Made by a program: the position numbers and the translations under genes. From Candidatus Butyricicoccus avicola (GTDB taxonomy: Bacteria; Bacillota; Clostridia; Oscillospirales; Butyricicoccaceae): a stretch of 64,000 nt of DNA. The stretch is taken from positions 4,987 through 68,986 of the forward strand of contig DWWZ01000154.1 in assembly GCA_019119435.1 (NCBI GenBank), in the 5' to 3' direction. Under the pieces are notes generated by a model that worked only from the letters and a program-made list of their open reading frames with translations, did no database searches and was not told the origin of the DNA. Every line of letters starts with the position of its first letter. Position 1 is the stretch's first letter. Below are positions 60,864-64,000 of this stretch, in pieces.

Positions 60864-62378
60864 TCAATCCAGGGTGTAGTCCAGGTCGTCCTCGCCGCTG
60901 TCGTACCATTCGATGTACAGGTACGGGTTGTCGTCATAGGCGTCGTCAAAGTCTACGCCGTACAGGTAATAGTCCTCATATTCGTCGTCGTAGGCGTCAT
61001 AGACCTCAAAATAGAAGTCCCATTCGCTGCCGTCGGCGTCGAGGTCAAAGTCCTCCGAGACGTAGTCGCCGTCCTCGACGTCGCCCGAGGACACCGTGTA
61101 CCAGTCGTCCCCGTCGGCCGGGCTGGCCTCGATGTAGGTGAGCGTATAGTCCTCGCCCAGGTCATTATAGATGCGGGCGGTGACCTCGGACGCGGTCTCA
61201 TCCAGCTCGATGGTGTTGTCGTCCAGCACGCGGTAGGCCTCGTCCTCGTCGGTCACCACGATCGCGGCCTCGTCCGACGCGCCGGTCAGGCTGATGCCCT
61301 CCACCCACGCCTCGGTCTCGTCGGCGTCGTCATAGACTAGGTACAGGTCCCACAGGTGGTCGTCGTCCGCCGCGTCCAGCGTCACGCGCAGCCAGTCGCC
61401 CTGCGCCAGCGTGCGCTCGTCATGTGCCTCATAGACCAGGCCGTCGTAGTCATCCGGGTCCTCGCCCGACGGATACAGGTAGGCTTCCGCGATGTCGTCC
61501 ACGCCCGACTCGTTATACAGGGAAACCTTCAGGCCGTCCTCCATGTCGGGCACGGCCGCGTCGTCCGGGCCGTCATAGCCGCCGTCGTCCTGGATGGCCA
61601 CCTCGAAGGCCTCGTCCACGCCGGTCAGGTCCAGGTCCTCATAGGTCTCGCTGCCGCCGTCGGCGTAGGTCACGCGCAGGTCGATCTCCGGGTCGCCGTC
61701 CAGGTCCAGCCACAGGTACTCGGTCTCGTCGTCACCGAGCAGGGCGCTTTGCAGCACATTGGCCGAGTAGTCTGACGCGCCGGCGGCCGACCACTTGACC
61801 GCGTCGATATCCTCGCCGGTCTCGTTGGTCAGGATGAGCAGGGTGTCGCCCGCAGGGCCCTCGTCGTCCTGCGCAGGGGCCGGGTCGGGCGTCGTGATGC
61901 TGTAGGTGATGTAGACCTGCTGGGTGGCGTTGTTCCACGAGCAGGTGACGCCCGAGAACAGCTCCAGCGCGCGGATGTGCACGAGCGTGCGGCCGTCCTC
62001 GGTCAGGCGGGGCGCGACCGCGAGCGTGCGGGTCTGGCCGTACTGGTTGATCGCGGTGGCTGAGCCGATGGTCAGCGTCCAGGTCTGGCTCCCCAGCGTG
62101 ATGGCGATGGTCTGGGAGGCCGCATCCCAGGCCAGCGTGCCGCCCATGGCTTCCACCACCCCGCGCAGCGGCAGCAGCGTATAGCCCGGGCTCTCCACGA
62201 CCGGCGTCGTGCCCTGGGCGTCAATGGCCGCCGACGTGCCGTTGTTCGTCAGGTAGGGGCTGCCCACGGTCAGGGTCATCGAGCCGCTCACCTGCGCCGC
62301 CAGGGCGGCCGGGCCGGCCGATGCCGCAATAAGCGCCGCCGCGGTCAGGACCGTGATGGTTTGTTGTTTGTGTAGCAT
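60864..62378 (-). CDS. Secreted stalk-domain protein with highly acidic repeated beta domains
   Basis: Signal peptide, TLLPLR/GRTLV stalk repeats, three ~100-aa units starting NETGEDI/NESGVDDI/NDLGED. Confidence 0.8.
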   Translation of the reverse strand: MLHKQQTITVLTAAALIAASAGPAALAAQVSGSMTLTVGSPYLTNNGTSAAIDAQGTTPVVESPGYTLLPLRGVVEAMGGTLAWDAASQTIAITLGSQTWTLTIGSATAINQYGQTRTLAVAPRLTEDGRTLVHIRALELFSGVTCSWNNATQQVYITYSITTPDPAPAQDDEGPAGDTLLILTNETGEDIDAVKWSAAGASDYSANVLQSALLGDDETEYLWLDLDGDPEIDLRVTYADGGSETYEDLDLTGVDEAFEVAIQDDGGYDGPDDAAVPDMEDGLKVSLYNESGVDDIAEAYLYPSGEDPDDYDGLVYEAHDERTLAQGDWLRVTLDAADDDHLWDLYLVYDDADETEAWVEGISLTGASDEAAIVVTDEDEAYRVLDDNTIELDETASEVTARIYNDLGEDYTLTYIEASPADGDDWYTVSSGDVEDGDYVSEDFDLDADGSEWDFYFEVYDAYDDEYEDYYLYGVDFDDAYDDNPYLYIEWYDSGEDDLDYTLD

Positions 62379-62559
62379 ATCGCACCTCATTTCTTGTGTC
62401 CCGATGGGAACCGTGTCACTTTGTAACCGAATTGTTACTTTCAGGATAGCAATATATTGTGATAAATCGGTGAACAAACAGAGGACAAACCATGGATTTT
62501 TTGTGAACATGCGCACATATTTTGCTTGACTTTTGGATTGCGGGCGGATACAATAGAGC

Positions 62560-62786
62560 CGTATTGAAAGACAGAAATGGAGCTGAGAGAATGAAGCATA
62601 CTTCCTGCTGACAGGCGTGCAACCGAGTGTTTTTCCGGGCGGCAAACCGCCCGGCCTTGTGATGCGCGCATAGCGGGAAGTCCTTCTCTCTCCGGCTGGC
62701 CCTGGGTCTGCGCGCGCGCCGCGCTGCCTCCCCGAGCTTTTCCCAACGTGCCGCAGGAATGGATCTTCCCGCGGCACGTTTTTTTC
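62560..62786 (+). promoter_or_regulatory. Ribosome-mediated transcription attenuator of the ABC-F gene
   Basis: Terminator AACGTGCCGC/GCGGCACGTT+T run; alternative pairings 62600-62610 / 62671-62683 / 62761-62772. Confidence 0.65.
62591..62611 (+). CDS. Putative leader peptide (MKHTSC)
   Basis: GGAG upstream; lies in the ABC-F leader after a TTGACT-17-TACAAT promoter (62526-62554). Confidence 0.55.
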   Translation: MKHTSC

Positions 62787-62820
62787 CCTGACGCATACAA
62801 AGGAGGCTGGACCCAATCCT

Positions 62821-64000
62821 ATGTCACAGATCACGATATCCCATCTCACATTTGGCTATGACGGCAGCGCGGAGAACGTCTTTGACGATCTGACGCTGAC
62901 GCTGGACACCGACTGGCGGCTGGGGCTGATCGGCCGCAACGGGCGCGGCAAGACCACGCTGACCCGGCTGCTGGCCGGCGAGCTGACCGGGCGCGGGCGC
63001 ATCTCGATGCCCCTGCCCTGCCGCCGCTTCCCCTGCCCGGTCGCCCACCCCGAGCGTCCAACCCGCGCCGTGCTGCAGGAGGCCGCGCCCGCGGCCGCCG
63101 ACTGGCAGATCGCGTGCGAGGCCGGGCGCATCGGCCTGCCGGAGGCGGCGCTCGACCGGCCGTTTGCCACGCTCTCGGGCGGCGAGCAGACCCGCGCGCT
63201 GCTGGCGGCCATGTTCCTCGCGCCGGACGCCTTCCTGCTCATCGACGAGCCGACCAACCACCTGGACGCGGCTGCCCGCGCGCAGGTGGCCGCCTATCTC
63301 GCGCGGCAGCGGGGCTTCCTGCTGGTCTCGCACGACCGCGCCTTCCTCGACCGGTGCGTGGACCACATCCTGGCCCTCGGCCGCACCGGCCCCCAGCTGC
63401 AGGCGGGCAACTTTTCCAGCTGGTGGCAGAACCGGCAGCGGCAGGAGGCCCACGAGCGGGCCGAGAACCAGCGCCTGCGCGGCGAGATCGACCGCCTGCA
63501 GGCGGCCGCCCGGCAGGCCGCGGCGCGCTCCCACGCCATCGAGCAGGCCAAGTTCGGCGGCAAGAAGGAAAACGGCCTGCGCCCCGACCGCGGATTCATC
63601 GGGCACAAGTCGGCCAAGATGATGAAGCGGGCCAAGGCCATCACGGCGCGCACCCAGGCGGCCGCAGCCGAGAAAGCCGGGCTGCTCCGGGAGGTCGAGC
63701 GGACCGACCGGCTGGCCCTGGCCCCGCTGCAGCACCACGCGGCACGGCTGGTCGAGGTGCGGGACGGGTATGTCCCGCTGGGCGGGCGGCAGCTGTGCGC
63801 CGGGCTGCGGCTGGAGGTCGGGCCGGGCGACCGCGTCGCGCTTGCCGGGCCCAACGGCGCGGGCAAGTCTACGCTCCTGCGGCTGCTGGCCGGGCAGGCG
63901 GTGCCATACACCGGACAGGTCGTGCGTGCGCCCGGCCTGCGGGTGTCCTATGTCCCGCAGGACACCGGCGGGCTCTCGGGCACGGTGCAGGACTATGCGG
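62821..64000 (+). CDS. Lsa-like ABC-F ribosomal protection protein (partial, runs off window end)
   Basis: Manual translation: MSQITISHLTFGYDGSAENVF...DTDWRLGLIGRNGRGKTT, LSGGEQTR, IDEPTNHLD, SHDR, GHKSAKMMKRAK linker, second Walker A GPNGAGKST; not in ORF track. Confidence 0.88.
   Translation, partial: MSQITISHLTFGYDGSAENVFDDLTLTLDTDWRLGLIGRNGRGKTTLTRLLAGELTGRGRISMPLPCRRFPCPVAHPERPTRAVLQEAAPAAADWQIACEAGRIGLPEAALDRPFATLSGGEQTRALLAAMFLAPDAFLLIDEPTNHLDAAARAQVAAYLARQRGFLLVSHDRAFLDRCVDHILALGRTGPQLQAGNFSSWWQNRQRQEAHERAENQRLRGEIDRLQAAARQAAARSHAIEQAKFGGKKENGLRPDRGFIGHKSAKMMKRAKAITARTQAAAAEKAGLLREVERTDRLALAPLQHHAARLVEVRDGYVPLGGRQLCAGLRLEVGPGDRVALAGPNGAGKSTLLRLLAGQAVPYTGQVVRAPGLRVSYVPQDTGGLSGTVQDYA

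Noticed and set aside
62501-62518. Rex-like box TTGTGAACATGCGCACAT
   Set aside because: Right half-site is too degenerate and the neighbouring genes are not typical Rex targets.

Overview
Chromosomal window from a spore-forming, fairly high-GC Clostridia-class Firmicute (Oscillospiraceae/Butyricicoccaceae-like gene content; taxonomy is inference). Bases 1-23.7 kb are minus-strand core genes: ileS (partial), divIVA, yggT, sepF, yggS, hfq, miaA, mutL, mutS, miaB, a radical-SAM pair, groESL with a perfect CIRCE, tgt and queA. Next come a lysine riboswitch with asd-dapA-dapB, a CNNM transporter, a Xer-type recombinase, radA, sporulation genes (cwlD, spoVM-sipL-spoIVA, spoIIR), tRNA-Pro(GGG), ispE, ackA, tmcAL and a partial Lsa-like ABC-F gene. 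Most of the interest is non-coding and missed by the ORF track: (1) an island after tRNA-Pro where two secreted stalk-domain genes alternate with a duplicated ~143-bp promoter plus two-hairpin sRNA module, closed by an apparently intact type I toxin-antitoxin locus (24-aa hydrophobic peptide plus antisense RNA); (2) a complete T-box with a predicted Met specifier controlling only a RimJ/RimL-type GNAT; (3) a stand-alone ~110-nt sRNA behind tandem Spo0A boxes; (4) a 159-bp IS3-family remnant inserted in a terminator loop; (5) a uORF attenuator upstream of the ABC-F gene; (6) a deletion junction fusing a regulator to a headless SLH protein. All calls were made by eye; no database searches were run.
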